58,821 nucleotides of DNA from a virus. Of the stretch, positions 17,501 to 26,875 are shown piece after piece; position 1 is the stretch's first letter; each line of letters opens with the position of its first letter. The notes under the pieces were generated by a model. That model was given only the letters and a program-made list of their open reading frames with translations. It had not been told where the DNA came from and made no database searches. The position numbers and the translations under genes are program-made. The stretch lies in the IMG/VR virus record IMGVR_UViG_3300037875_000261, one strand, 5' to 3'.

Positions 17501-18358
17501 GCCCTTGCCGAGCTTCGAGCGGAACAGGTCGTCGATCTTGTCGCCGCTCTTGATCAACTGAATGAAGACGGCGTTCAGCTTCGTGATCGCCTCGTTCGTG
17601 TTGATGCCCTGCGCGGTCATCGCGGCGATCGCACTCGCGACGGTCGCGAAGTCGACGCCAAGCTGCGCGGCAAGCGGCAGCACGCTACCGATCGAAGACG
17701 CAAGCTCGCCGGTCGTCGTCTTGCCCTCGAAGACCGCCTTCAAGAAGACGTCAGATACGTCGGCTGCGTCCGACGCCTCAAGACCGTACGCGTTCAGCAC
17801 GGACGTCAACCCGTCCACCGCGACGTCGACCGTCGTGAGGCCAGCGACACTCAGCCGCGTCGCGACTTCGAGCAACTCAAGCGCATCGGTCGCGTCGGTG
17901 ACTCCTGCCGAGATCGTCTGATACAGACCCTTCGCGACTTCGGCTTGCGCGACGCCCATCGCGAACGCCAACCGACGCACGCCCTCCTCCATCTGCTCGG
18001 ACTCTTCCGCCGACGCGTTGATCAGCGTGCCGACTTCCGCGAGCGAGAGCGACAACTCGGTGCCAGCCGTCGCGGCTTCGCGCAGCACGGCAGCGATCGC
18101 GAGGAAGGGCACCGCCGTCTTGAGCGCGGCCCCGAGCCCCGCGACAGCCGTCTTCGCCGTCGACGCTGACGTAGCGATCGTGCCCATCGCCGTGCTCGCT
18201 CCGACGGCTGCCGACTTCGCGCCCGTCTCGATCTCCTTGAACGCGCGTCTGCCCTTCTTGCCAGTCGCTTCCAGCTTCTTCGAGAACTTGCCGAGCGTGT
18301 TGCCCGACAGATCCCTGATCGCGATCTCGACGTCCAGCCGTGTCGATGCCTTGACCAT
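14522..18358 (-). CDS. tail tape measure protein (1278 aa)
   Basis: Long Ala/Leu/Glu-rich helical ORF with a Gly-rich C-terminal part, in the canonical position after the chaperone pair. Confidence 0.85.
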   Translation of the reverse strand: MVKASTRLDVEIAIRDLSGNTLGKFSKKLEATGKKGRRAFKEIETGAKSAAVGASTAMGTIATSASTAKTAVAGLGAALKTAVPFLAIAAVLREAATAGTELSLSLAEVGTLINASAEESEQMEEGVRRLAFAMGVAQAEVAKGLYQTISAGVTDATDALELLEVATRLSVAGLTTVDVAVDGLTSVLNAYGLEASDAADVSDVFLKAVFEGKTTTGELASSIGSVLPLAAQLGVDFATVASAIAAMTAQGINTNEAITKLNAVFIQLIKSGDKIDDLFRSKLGKGFDRANLSGQGFADTLQDIFIALDGDTTAIREMLVEIRAVTGFLALTGDQSQLLSDKLASLDDRLGSTAQSFDRIQQSSGKRALDALKVFGNVLATVGEGFLDTVFLTVDGVKALAEGISIATSDTLDLAQELLGIDEPTELAATTEGLIRLGEAAGFSADEISDLVTVIATVGQEDLGRTLAIKLETKLDQTGVQDFGDAVDRLFDTVQLDDQEIVLEVPVVPDVRAEVFREIGEHLRTTLADVGDALPETQVAFLGGLAAELRELAAATGELDGPRQKQLDEFVARFEKLTKVGAEFDKDALEALVFDLFDFSDADIGVGIGPKFKDSLEVAIKDAKRRGRFDTAIELTGRLKFDERLANDLIVVGEDGVKRMLQGFDQGVTKEGKRFLTPIFKVVEAGAKIVGDDLGETIKGRLLPVLSTYGDGILRLTQDFGTLGEEGASSFNEINEAAKGNVDGALRLEALHAQLLTGLDKELALIEVLRKKKLNGITEEVAAGKLLIEQSAKSTDEKRKDLAKLQKQTDEVAAAELAILDERARKIKLLQADAAVKLKAGFDDGEFTEGANRAAASLIGFIANIGLTVAELKAMNDAEIEAGRVLDVYSSALANARQLEADLTSEYMGSREALLLRNEAQVAAIEAQRADIGDELAGRQLSSLAQRLLIDLERLRVHEEDRVVQQEISDEAERVRKIMEDGTFGEGFSEGMRQVGEELGTAAERGADFARDIAGATANFGSNLGRSIADGFEDGSAALEAFTADLAALATEELTIRLLGSLGLGVDDAVEVEQIAATTSLTLGISAQTTATIALTTATTALTTTMAAGSLTDDGGFLSSIFSAAALGGQAGSAAAGAPALPGVDVLPPQFADGGVLTRSFASGGVVSQPTLGLFGEVPGKSELFVPLEGGGVPFAGQDEFISRIARTVRAEVGSTANGGGGGDNNVSLNFEITSPDPERAGDAVLQRMPEIVAGVAAKLIDGSSRDLIEGVRQAARG

Positions 18359-18362
18359 CAGG

Positions 18363-18770
18363 TCACTTCGCTTTCTTTCGTGACGCCTCGCGCTCTTCGT
18401 CTTCTTCGAGCTGCACCTGCGACCGCTCTGACTCGAACAGCTCGACCAGCGAGATGAACGTCGGGCTCTGCTTTTCCATGCCGCCAGCCACGGGGAACTC
18501 GTTCGACCGCTTGAGCCATGAGTACGCGTTCGCGCCGTCGATCATCTCCGGGGTCTTGTAGTGACCGGGACATCGGTGCATGTAGACGAACCCCGTCGGG
18601 GGCGCATCGGGATTCCCAGGCGGCACGCACTTCTCGCACATCTCCGTCGTCGTGTTGTCGCCGTCCCCAGAGACGATCACCCTCGCGCCGTGACACGACG
18701 TGCAGGTGATCTTCCATCTTGGAGTCTCCGTGGGCGCGTCGCATCCCCAGCGTTCCCGAGTCGTCTGCAT
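18363..18770 (-). CDS. Cys-rich protein in the gpT position. It is either independent (ATG 18770) or the -1 frameshift extension of 18842..19258.
   Basis: The frame is open up to 18941 and overlaps the end of the upstream ORF in the -1 frame. It contains CTSCHG, CEKC and HRCPGH. Confidence 0.45.
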   Translation of the reverse strand: MQTTRERWGCDAPTETPRWKITCTSCHGARVIVSGDGDNTTTEMCEKCVPPGNPDAPPTGFVYMHRCPGHYKTPEMIDGANAYSWLKRSNEFPVAGGMEKQSPTFISLVELFESERSQVQLEEDEEREASRKKAK

Positions 18771-18841
18771 GTCCGCAGGTAGCTTCTCCGCGTCCGCGCG
18801 CCTGCCTCCACATTCGGTCGGGCATCTGGGAAAGCCTCGCT

Positions 18842-19258
18842 CTACGAATCCTCTGAGGACGGCGCGAGCTTTTCCACGTCGGACGCCACGACGAGTACGC
18901 GCGACTGAAGCTCCTCGGACATCTCGCGCTTGACGGGCCACGGTATGCGCGAGAGCGTATCGTCCGACACTCGACCGGCTGCGTCAGTCTCGAAGCCGAC
19001 GGCGTTTCCGGTTTCGGGGTCGGTCATCGGATGATCGTCGTCGATGCCGACGAGGCACGCGCGAACGAGCAGGTCGATACGCGAGCCGACTGCAAACTGA
19101 TGAAGGCTGCCCGACATCCTGATCGAATCCATCAGGCGCGTGCAGGTCGCGTGATCGGGCGTATCGAGAAGGAACCACGTCTGCCGATCCTCGTCGACGC
19201 CTTCGTCGTCAGAGCATACCCACCGAAACCCCTTCTCGGGGCGAACTGCGAAAACCAT
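18842..19258 (-). CDS. tail assembly chaperone (gpG-like, 138 aa)
   Basis: Acidic ORF between the tail tube gene and the tape measure gene. Confidence 0.55.
   Translation of the reverse strand: MVFAVRPEKGFRWVCSDDEGVDEDRQTWFLLDTPDHATCTRLMDSIRMSGSLHQFAVGSRIDLLVRACLVGIDDDHPMTDPETGNAVGFETDAAGRVSDDTLSRIPWPVKREMSEELQSRVLVVASDVEKLAPSSEDS
18869..18875 (-). other. candidate -1 slippery site G-GAA-AAG
   Basis: This is the only A-run in the 100-nt overlap of the G frame and the -1 (T) frame. It is not a perfect X-XXY-YYZ heptamer. Confidence 0.3.
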
Positions 19259-19349
19259 TGAACATCTCCTTGCGGGTGAGAGTTTTGAAGAGAGCGAAGC
19301 GACGGTCGACGTCTTTGCACGCCGACCGTCGCCCGTTACGAACCGGGGA

Positions 19350-20798
19350 TCATGCGCTCGTCAAGTAGAGCAACGTGAACTCGTTGTCGTCGGTGATGGT
19401 GCGCTCGCCGCCCGTCGCGCGGAACGCGATCGAGCGGGCCATGCGTCCGTTCTTGTCGGTGACCGGAGCGCCAGTAGTTTGCAGCGCGGGCCACGTCAGG
19501 ATGAACTTGTTGCCGAGCGCGGTGCCGACCTCGACATCGAAGTTCGCGAGGGTTCCGTCCTGCCACTTGCCGACCCAGGGGAACACCGACTCGGGCGTCG
19601 CCTCGGGGTCCATCGTGCCAGTGCCAGACCGTCCCGTGGTCACGACCTCGCGCAAGCCCGTCGCGGACGACGCGCAGAAGACGTCGTTCAGCTCGTTGCC
19701 GAAGTCGTACGTCAGCGCCTCAAGGCACGGCGCATAGTCATCATCGGTCGTCGTCTTCGCGGGCAAGCCGATCGTCATCACCGCCGAGTTCCACACGGGC
19801 GCGGTCGTGAAGTCGAGCGACACGGCGGAGATGTTCGCGACATCGCCGACGGCGTCGAGCGCACCGCGACCCGTTACCTGTACCTCGGCGGGTCGGTTCA
19901 CCGCGAGGCTGAACGAGCAATTCGTGCGCATGCCCTTCGCGGTCGTCGCGATGCCGTCTTCGTACAGTCGGCAGGAAAGCGAGTGCCCCTTCGTGTAAGT
20001 CTGCGCCGACGCGGCCCCGACGGTCTGATACGTCGCGTCGTACGCGCCCGGCCCAAGGAGTTCGAGCACCTCATCGTTATCGAACGCGATGTTGTTCAGC
20101 GGCAGGAACTTCAGGGTCGTCCCGGCAGCCGCGAGATCCTCGCTCACGCGTCCCATCGCTCCAGTGTCGACACCTCGGAACGTGTCGCCAGCCGTGGGCT
20201 CGGGAGACACGGCAGCGACGACCGTCATCGACTGCTCGACGACGCTCGTCGGGGTCCACGCGAAGCCGCCCACCGAGTTCGTATTCGTACTCGTCGCGAC
20301 CGCGCCACTCGGCGCACTTAGCGCGCCGTTGGTTATCGCCCCGGTGATCGGCGTGATGTACAGCGACGTCTCTCCGTTGTGGCACTCCTTGAGCACGCGC
20401 CCGGTGCCCGCCGTTCCCGTTACGATCTCGCCCATGATAAATGGGCCGGTGCCGCTCACGGCACCGATCGTCAAGATCGTCAGCGGTTCTTCGACCATCA
20501 TCGCCGCTTGGAGCAGCGGCGAGAAGTTCGGAGCGCCATCGGCGACCTCGCCGCCGGATGTCCCCTTCAGGTCGAACGTCGCGTCGAGCACGGCTGTCTT
20601 CGCTCCGACTTGGTTCGGCGAGGGCGTGAAGCCGTCGCGGAGAAACTCTTGTTCGAGCGATTCGATCTCGGGTACGAGGCTCGCGTTCTTGAGGAGCAGC
20701 GTGGCGTTCGCGGCGGATGTCATCGAGCCCGCCGGGATGACCGACGCAACGTCCTCCGCCTTGATCGCCAGTTGCTTCTTACTTGTGAAAAGCGGCAT
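19350..20798 (-). CDS. major tail (tube) protein with inserted domains (482 aa)
   Basis: Frame 19350..21083 trimmed to the ATG at 20798 (MPLFTSKKQ...), preceded by GAAGGAAACAACATG. Call based on position and size. Confidence 0.55.
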   Translation of the reverse strand: MPLFTSKKQLAIKAEDVASVIPAGSMTSAANATLLLKNASLVPEIESLEQEFLRDGFTPSPNQVGAKTAVLDATFDLKGTSGGEVADGAPNFSPLLQAAMMVEEPLTILTIGAVSGTGPFIMGEIVTGTAGTGRVLKECHNGETSLYITPITGAITNGALSAPSGAVATSTNTNSVGGFAWTPTSVVEQSMTVVAAVSPEPTAGDTFRGVDTGAMGRVSEDLAAAGTTLKFLPLNNIAFDNDEVLELLGPGAYDATYQTVGAASAQTYTKGHSLSCRLYEDGIATTAKGMRTNCSFSLAVNRPAEVQVTGRGALDAVGDVANISAVSLDFTTAPVWNSAVMTIGLPAKTTTDDDYAPCLEALTYDFGNELNDVFCASSATGLREVVTTGRSGTGTMDPEATPESVFPWVGKWQDGTLANFDVEVGTALGNKFILTWPALQTTGAPVTDKNGRMARSIAFRATGGERTITDDNEFTLLYLTSA

Positions 20799-20809
20799 GT
20801 TGTTTCCTT

Positions 20810-21283
20810 CTACGAGGCGTTGACAGACGGGTCTGTCGTGGAGTGACGGTAATGCGCCGTCACAAGAATTTGACCGATACCGACACCGTCGGTTTCGTCG
20901 TACATATCCTCGCGGTCGGGTTCGACCCATGTGGCCGTGAGCGCGAGTTGGTTGTCGAGTTCGATCGCGTGAGCGATGTCCTTCATGAGATCGGCGAGGG
21001 ACGTCTTCCACGTCTCGCCGCCCGCCGTCGACACGATACCGATACAGGCGATCGCGACGTCGTGCGCGACCGCGCCATAACATTCCTGGTGATCCGACTT
21101 GTCCTCGCCGGGCACGATGAAGATCGCGGGCGTCGGGGTGCCGGTGATAATCGCCTCGCCCTCCCAGAGATGGACGCGGTTCGCGACGTTCGTCTTATAT
21201 GCGACGCCGTCGATCAACTTCATGCGCGTGACGAGGGCGTCGAGCATCGTTCGCTGAACGGACGTATCTGCGGGCCACGCCAC
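20810..21283 (-). CDS. tail completion / terminator-like protein (157 aa)
   Basis: Frame 20810..21490 trimmed to the GTG at 21283, which overlaps the upstream TAG (TAGTG). Synteny only. Confidence 0.45.
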   Translation of the reverse strand: MAWPADTSVQRTMLDALVTRMKLIDGVAYKTNVANRVHLWEGEAIITGTPTPAIFIVPGEDKSDHQECYGAVAHDVAIACIGIVSTAGGETWKTSLADLMKDIAHAIELDNQLALTATWVEPDREDMYDETDGVGIGQILVTAHYRHSTTDPSVNAS

Positions 21284-21627
21284 TACAGCACCTCCTCCAA
21301 CTGAAACGACAGGCGCACCTTGCCGTGACCCGACTTCGTGGAACGAATGTCGGGCTGACGGGCGAAGCAGACCTCGAACGAGTCGCCAGTATCGGGCGCG
21401 GTGAAGTCGATGTTCTTGACGCCCCCCGACGTGAGCTTGTGCAGGAGCACGATGTAGTCGGCATATCCTTCGCCGACCTCGCCCGACCATTCGACGAGGC
21501 GACGACCGCGCTCGTAGACCGCGCGCTTCGCTGCGAATCCCTGGGCGCGATCAGATCCGACGGTCGCGCGCTCGATCGTCGTCGTGAGCGGGAACGGAAA
21601 GCAGGTGTCGAAGGCGTAATCAGCCAC
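21283..21627 (-). CDS. head-tail joining protein (114 aa)
   Basis: Complete ORF with a GTG start that overlaps the upstream gene by 8 nt. Synteny only. Confidence 0.45.
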   Translation of the reverse strand: MADYAFDTCFPFPLTTTIERATVGSDRAQGFAAKRAVYERGRRLVEWSGEVGEGYADYIVLLHKLTSGGVKNIDFTAPDTGDSFEVCFARQPDIRSTKSGHGKVRLSFQLEEVL

Positions 21628-22309
21628 GGCGATTCCCCTCGATGTTCCTCAGCGCGCGGTTCGCGGCGGAGAGGAAGCGACGCTCGCCGTCGGCGCGGAC
21701 CTTCGGCGAGTTGAACACGTTGACGAAGTACGGGCGCGCGGGGACCTCGACCTCGTCCTTCAGGATCGCGAGGTACTGTAGCTTCTTCTTCTTCCCCCGA
21801 CCGACCTTGCGCGCGATGATCGCGTTGCCAGCCTTCGACGTGGTGATGAACGTGTTCGACACGTTACGGAGATTCTTGAATCGGACGTTACCTGCGGGCG
21901 TGAGGTTATCGGGCAGCGGGATGGCGAGCGCACCGCCCGGTCGCGCTTTGATCACGCCGCCCGGCAGGCCCTTCGAGCCGTCATGTACGAGACGCGCGTA
22001 CGGCGTACGCGCGTTGCCGACGGTCATGCGAAGGCGCAGCGACGATAGCTTGCGCCCGTCCTTGCCGATGATCTTGTGCCTGAGCGAGCGCGACAGCGTG
22101 CCCGATCGGATGCCCAGCTTGGTCACCGACGCCGTCCTGCGGAACGGGCCGATACGATTGCCGCGTGCGAACCCTTTGAGCACCTCGCCCTCGAAGAACA
22201 GCGCGTGTCGCTCCATCGCCGCGATCATCTCGATCTTGAGCTTCTTCGGCGCACGACGAATCGCTTCGGAGATCTTCTTCGAGTTGTCCTTGTAGCTGGC
22301 GCGTACCAC
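21620..22309 (-). CDS. HK97 gp10-like head-tail joining protein (229 aa)
   Basis: Basic ORF with a GTG start overlapping the upstream TAG. Position follows the connector. Confidence 0.5.
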   Translation of the reverse strand: MVRASYKDNSKKISEAIRRAPKKLKIEMIAAMERHALFFEGEVLKGFARGNRIGPFRRTASVTKLGIRSGTLSRSLRHKIIGKDGRKLSSLRLRMTVGNARTPYARLVHDGSKGLPGGVIKARPGGALAIPLPDNLTPAGNVRFKNLRNVSNTFITTSKAGNAIIARKVGRGKKKKLQYLAILKDEVEVPARPYFVNVFNSPKVRADGERRFLSAANRALRNIEGNRRG

Positions 22310-22923
22310 TAGAAGCCACCCCCGCGCGCGATCGCGTGCAGGTGATCCCGCACTTCGCGTAGCAGCCCGAACTCGCCCGTGTACGTTGCGTTCTGCCCCG
22401 CGCCCGAGTTGACGCTACCTCCGAGCGCGCGACGACGTGACAACGTGTAGCCGACCTGCATGTCACACTTCTCGGCAAGCTCGGGCTCGTTCGAGATCGC
22501 GTTCGCCGCGTCGGTGCCCCACCCGCCCGTGTACATGACCTGCACATAACCCGGCGCGTAGTTCGTCTCGAAGTCGAGCATGACCGTGCCGTTCACGACG
22601 TCGAGTACATAGTCCGTCGTCGCCTGCGCGGCGACGTCGGTGAAGTCCGTGTGCGACGAATACTTGATCTCGGAGATCGCGGTCACGGGCTTCGCGTCGA
22701 TGGTCAGCCGCTTCGCGAACCTGTTGATCTTGTAGACCTCGGTCCTCGACGCGATCAGTCCGTGCAGGTTCGTCTCGCGACAGAACCGCGCGGACACCGA
22801 CGAGATGAGCTGGGCGATCAGCGTGTCGTCGGACGTGTCTGCGACGGCGTCCGCGCCCCGCAGCGACTTGACTCGCGTGGGGGTCGTGAGGTCGACGGGC
22901 TGAAGCGGGTTCGTCAGGTTCAT
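22309..22923 (-). CDS. head-tail connector / adaptor (gp6-like, 204 aa)
   Basis: The N-terminal pattern VKSLRGADAVADTSDDTLIAQLISSVSARFCRETN is typical of head-tail adaptor proteins. Confidence 0.55.
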   Translation of the reverse strand: MNLTNPLQPVDLTTPTRVKSLRGADAVADTSDDTLIAQLISSVSARFCRETNLHGLIASRTEVYKINRFAKRLTIDAKPVTAISEIKYSSHTDFTDVAAQATTDYVLDVVNGTVMLDFETNYAPGYVQVMYTGGWGTDAANAISNEPELAEKCDMQVGYTLSRRRALGGSVNSGAGQNATYTGEFGLLREVRDHLHAIARGGGF

Positions 22924-22928
22924 CGCGA

Positions 22929-23276
22929 TCAGTCGTCGCTGCGCTTCCGCCGCTTGGCGCGTGCGCCCCTGGGAGCCTTCGTGTCGGCCTCAGGATCGAG
23001 CCCGTCGTCCGAGTCGGATTCGCTGGCCGGAGGCGACACGGCGGCAGCCACGGGCGCTGGCGACGCCGTACGCGTCCCGAAGTCGTGCGTCAGGTACGAG
23101 CTGTGGGACACGCGGCACGGGTGGCCCTCGGGGATCGACTCGCCCGGCGAGAAGTTGCGCCCGCCGCACTCGAAGGTACGACCGCGCCTCACCTTCAACG
23201 GCATCATGGCGATGCCTTCCGGCATGCGCGGCCCGTCGGGCTCGCTCTCGCTCATGCGCTTGATGTCGTCACTCAT
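22929..23276 (-). CDS. hypothetical head-module protein (115 aa)
   Basis: The ATG at 23276 is preceded by GAAGGTGG. An alternative GTG lies at 23285. Confidence 0.45.
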   Translation of the reverse strand: MSDDIKRMSESEPDGPRMPEGIAMMPLKVRRGRTFECGGRNFSPGESIPEGHPCRVSHSSYLTHDFGTRTASPAPVAAAVSPPASESDSDDGLDPEADTKAPRGARAKRRKRSDD

Positions 23277-23739
23277 CTGAACCACCTTCTGGAGAGCGGT
23301 CGACCGACTCCGGCTCCGCGCCCGACGCGGCGGCTGCCGCCGACGCCGAGATGCGGCTCGTCGTCTTCTTGCGGCTCTTCTTCTTCGCCTGCCTCGGGGC
23401 CGAATCGGCGAGCGCCTCCTCAGGCGTCATGCCGGGATCGCCCACGGCGTGGCGCAGCTTGTCGCGCATGTAAGCCGCCGCGCTCGGCGACGGCTTCACG
23501 GGCGGCGGGGCACCCTTCAGCATCCCCGACGACATCACCTCGACCTTGTGCATCTCGTCGTCCAGCGACGATCGCTCAAGGTCGTTCGTGACGATGATGA
23601 TCTGGTTCGCAGCGGCCCAGCACGTCTCGGACGGAAACAGCCCCCACGCTCGGGGGAAGTGAACCGCTCGACCTGCGCGCACTTTGTAGCTCATGCCGAG
23701 TGCAGCCTTCGGCAAGCCGTTGTCGTTTCGTGTCGCCAT
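23269..23739 (-). CDS. hypothetical head-module protein (156 aa)
   Basis: Complete ORF with a Lys/Ser-rich tail. Confidence 0.5.
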   Translation of the reverse strand: MATRNDNGLPKAALGMSYKVRAGRAVHFPRAWGLFPSETCWAAANQIIIVTNDLERSSLDDEMHKVEVMSSGMLKGAPPPVKPSPSAAAYMRDKLRHAVGDPGMTPEEALADSAPRQAKKKSRKKTTSRISASAAAAASGAEPESVDRSPEGGSDE

Positions 23740-23822
23740 GTGCTTCTATCCTCGTTTCGTATGCGGGTGGATAAAAGCGGGGGGGGCGAGGAGCACTCGC
23801 CCCCCCCGCGTCGCGTATCGGA

Positions 23823-24257
23823 TCAGACGGAGAACGTCGCGTCGTTCGCGGACGTCATGTCCACCGAGCCATCCTTCGGGCTGGACAGCACGAACGACGC
23901 GCTGATAGCGGTCGTGCCGCCTGCCCCCGAGTTGTAGACGGCGCGGATGAACTCCGGCTGCTGTTCGAGGTCGATGACGCCCCAGAAGATCGTGTCGTCG
24001 TCGGTCGCCGTTACGGTGATCGACGCGCCCGCGATCGGGTTCGCCTCGTACGCGGCGTCGACGTCCGTCGCCGACATCTCGATCGTGAGGGTGCCGTCGG
24101 CGGATGCGCCGACGGTGCCCGTCGTGACGACGACCATGCAGCGCCGCCACCCGACGGTCGAGAAGCCTGCGCCCTCGACCTCGGTGGATAGCGCGATGAC
24201 CTGGGGAGAGATCGACGCGCGGACGTTCCTTGTTGAGCCCGGATCTGTGCGGACCAT
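23823..24257 (-). CDS. beta-rich protein after the capsid gene, a possible decoration protein (144 aa)
   Basis: Strong AAGGAG RBS. Position only. Confidence 0.5.
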   Translation of the reverse strand: MVRTDPGSTRNVRASISPQVIALSTEVEGAGFSTVGWRRCMVVVTTGTVGASADGTLTIEMSATDVDAAYEANPIAGASITVTATDDDTIFWGVIDLEQQPEFIRAVYNSGAGGTTAISASFVLSSPKDGSVDMTSANDATFSV

Positions 24258-24312
24258 GAGTTAGCTCCTTAGTTTCTGTTTCGTTGAAGAGTTGGAGGTC
24301 GTCGAGGTCTGA

Positions 24313-25572
24313 CTAGATGCCGGTGACGTCGAGGCCAGTTGCGAACGAGAATGCGGTCGGCTGCTCGATCGCGACGTCGATTTCCATCGCCGCGAGCAGA
24401 GCGGCCTGACGCGCCTTGAAGGTGCCGTCGGCCTCGGTGGTCATCTCAAGGGTGAGGTTTCCGAAGGTGACGATCGTCATCCAGTCGAAGTCCCCGAAGA
24501 TGAGGTCTGAGGTCGCCGTGCTGTCAAGCAGCGACGTCGCGGCGAACGGGTAGCCGATCACCTGAGTCTCAGCGCCCTCGCTGAAGATCTTGTGCGGGAC
24601 GGTCAGGTGTACGCCGGTCGTGGCTTCCGAGCTGATCGAGCGCATCGCGCGCTTGACCGTGAGGCCCATCGCCCAGCCGGGCGAGACAGCGCCGTCGAGA
24701 GCTTCCGCTTCGGCGACCTTCTCCTCCATCTGAAGCAGACCCTCGTAGAACGAGGCGAGCACGTTCGCGCCAGCGATGTGCGAACCGAAGGCCACGCCGT
24801 TACCCGACGGGATCGAGTTCGCCAGACCGCGCGGCTCACCGTCCGCCCCGGTGCCCTTGAGCGCCCAGGTATTCCAGGTGATGCCGATCTCGCGAAGCAT
24901 CCGAGAGCGAATGCGCGACTCGGCGTTGACGCCAAGCTCGAAGAACTTGCGCGACCCCTTGAGGTAGCTCACCGCCGCATGACCTTCGAGGCGCATGTTC
25001 TGGTACGCGATCTCGGAGGTCGTCGCGGGCGCGGCGTTCTCGGCGACCGCCTCGGTCGTCGGGACGCTCGTCTCGATCGGGATCTCGACGACGCTCACGC
25101 CGCCGCTGTCCATCGTGTTCGCGCCGAGCTTCTCGGTGATGAGTCGCGGTCGCAGCTTCTCGATGAACTTGTCGTGCCAGACGGCGTTCGGAACGATGAA
25201 GCCGCCCTTCGTGCCGACGGTCGTGTCCTGAGCGTACCGCTCTTCGCCGTCAAGCTCACCGCGCGCGGCGTCCGACATCTCCCACTCCATCGGAGCGAGG
25301 CTGCGGTCGCCGTGCAGCAGCGACTTCGTGATGCGACCCACGGAGAACTCCTGTCCCTCATGCGTCGCGTCTTCGGAGCCGGGCACCATGCCACGGCGAC
25401 GCTTCTTCTCGACGGCCTTGAGGCGCTCGTCGTATTGCTCCATGCCGACCTTGATGGCCGTGAGGGCCTCCGACTGGGAGGCGAGCCCGTTCTCGACGGC
25501 AGCGCCGACGAGTTTGGCAAGGCGCTCCTCCGCTTGCTTCCGGGTCTTCGCCCGAAGTGTGACCTGAGTCAT
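24313..25572 (-). CDS. major capsid protein, HK97 fold (419 aa)
   Basis: Frame 24313..25719 trimmed to the ATG at 25572 (MTQVTLRAKTRKQAEERL...). It has an N-terminal delta-like helical region, and the length and position are typical. Confidence 0.8.
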   Translation of the reverse strand: MTQVTLRAKTRKQAEERLAKLVGAAVENGLASQSEALTAIKVGMEQYDERLKAVEKKRRRGMVPGSEDATHEGQEFSVGRITKSLLHGDRSLAPMEWEMSDAARGELDGEERYAQDTTVGTKGGFIVPNAVWHDKFIEKLRPRLITEKLGANTMDSGGVSVVEIPIETSVPTTEAVAENAAPATTSEIAYQNMRLEGHAAVSYLKGSRKFFELGVNAESRIRSRMLREIGITWNTWALKGTGADGEPRGLANSIPSGNGVAFGSHIAGANVLASFYEGLLQMEEKVAEAEALDGAVSPGWAMGLTVKRAMRSISSEATTGVHLTVPHKIFSEGAETQVIGYPFAATSLLDSTATSDLIFGDFDWMTIVTFGNLTLEMTTEADGTFKARQAALLAAMEIDVAIEQPTAFSFATGLDVTGI

Positions 25573-25609
25573 GTCTGTTTCCTTCGTTGATGTTTCGGCG
25601 GAATGCCTG

Positions 25610-26872
25610 TTACTCGGCGTCGGCGAGCGCCTCGATCTCTTCGTCGGTGAAGAGGCCGATGTAGATGCTCTCGTCGATGCCTTCGGGTTCGCCGTCGCCG
25701 TGCTCGTCGAGCGCGACATCGGTGGTCTTTTCTTCTTCGTCCTCGACGTCGTCGAGGCCGAACATCTCGATCAGCGGATCGGCCTGAGCGACTCGCGCTT
25801 CGAGGGCTCCGACGCGGTCGAGCAGAGCGGTAAGCTCCTCGGCGAGTTCGACGACCCGCTCGACGCCGCCGTCGATCTTCGTCACGGGCGCGACCGCGAC
25901 TTGGGGCGTCTCGGCCACCGGGGTCTTCTCGTACGCGATCTCCTCCTCGTCGGCGGCGATGTCCTCGCTCAAGGCTTCCGCCTCGGCTTCGTCGAAGCTC
26001 TCGCTGCCGTCGTCGTCGAGGTCGTCCTCGTCCTCGATCACGCGGCCCCCCTCGTCGATCGCGTACCACTCGCCGCCGCCGAGCGTGATCTGGAAGCGGT
26101 CGTCAGACTCGCAGCCGACGACGTGATCCATGAACTGCTGAATCATCTCCTCGTCGTACACGCCAGCCTCGCGCCACTCAGCGATCGTCGCGTTGAGCTT
26201 GCGGCGGCGGGACATCGCGTCCTCGTCCGACTCGCCGTACATGACGAGGGCCTTCTCGTCGCGACCGACGTCGACCGCGCTGAACTCCGTCGCGCGCGTC
26301 TTGTCGTACACGATCGACCCCTGGTCGACGCCGTACTGCTTCTCCTCGCGCCCGTTCGGCAGGCGTGATTCGAGAATGCGGAAGCCCATCGACCCGGCGG
26401 GCATCGAGCCATTCAGCACGGCGGCGTGGATCATGTCGGCGAACGGGTTGTCGCCCTCGGGGGTGAAGCGCACGTCGCCGAGCCATGCCTTGTGACCGTC
26501 GGGCGTCTTGCCCTTCACGACCTTCGGCACGTTCCCGAGCGGCGGCTGGGGGATCGCGCTCTTGCCGTGCATGAACAGGAAGGGACCGCCGCGATCTCGG
26601 AACTGCGAGAAGTCCATGCCGTCGCGTAGCGGCAGGTCTTTGAAGTTGCCGATCGCGTGCTCGCTGATCATGACGTAGCGGATCGGGTCGCTGAACTTGT
26701 CGGCGGTCGACTTCGGCGCGACGTACGAGACGTTCGCGTACCTCACGAACTCCGACTCGCCGCGAATCTTCAGCGCCTCTTCGACGGGGATGTCGGCGAA
26801 CTCTTCGCGGGTCGCGGTGCCAGCGGCGTAACGCTTCGCAAGATCGAACCAGCGTTTCGAGATGTATGCCAT
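25610..26872 (-). CDS. prohead protease fused to an acidic scaffold-like C-terminus (420 aa)
   Basis: S78-like elements (HAIGNF..., GSMGFRILE) followed by an Asp/Glu-rich helical tail. It lies between the portal and capsid genes. Confidence 0.65.
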   Translation of the reverse strand: MAYISKRWFDLAKRYAAGTATREEFADIPVEEALKIRGESEFVRYANVSYVAPKSTADKFSDPIRYVMISEHAIGNFKDLPLRDGMDFSQFRDRGGPFLFMHGKSAIPQPPLGNVPKVVKGKTPDGHKAWLGDVRFTPEGDNPFADMIHAAVLNGSMPAGSMGFRILESRLPNGREEKQYGVDQGSIVYDKTRATEFSAVDVGRDEKALVMYGESDEDAMSRRRKLNATIAEWREAGVYDEEMIQQFMDHVVGCESDDRFQITLGGGEWYAIDEGGRVIEDEDDLDDDGSESFDEAEAEALSEDIAADEEEIAYEKTPVAETPQVAVAPVTKIDGGVERVVELAEELTALLDRVGALEARVAQADPLIEMFGLDDVEDEEEKTTDVALDEHGDGEPEGIDESIYIGLFTDEEIEALADAE

Positions 26873-26875
26873 GAT

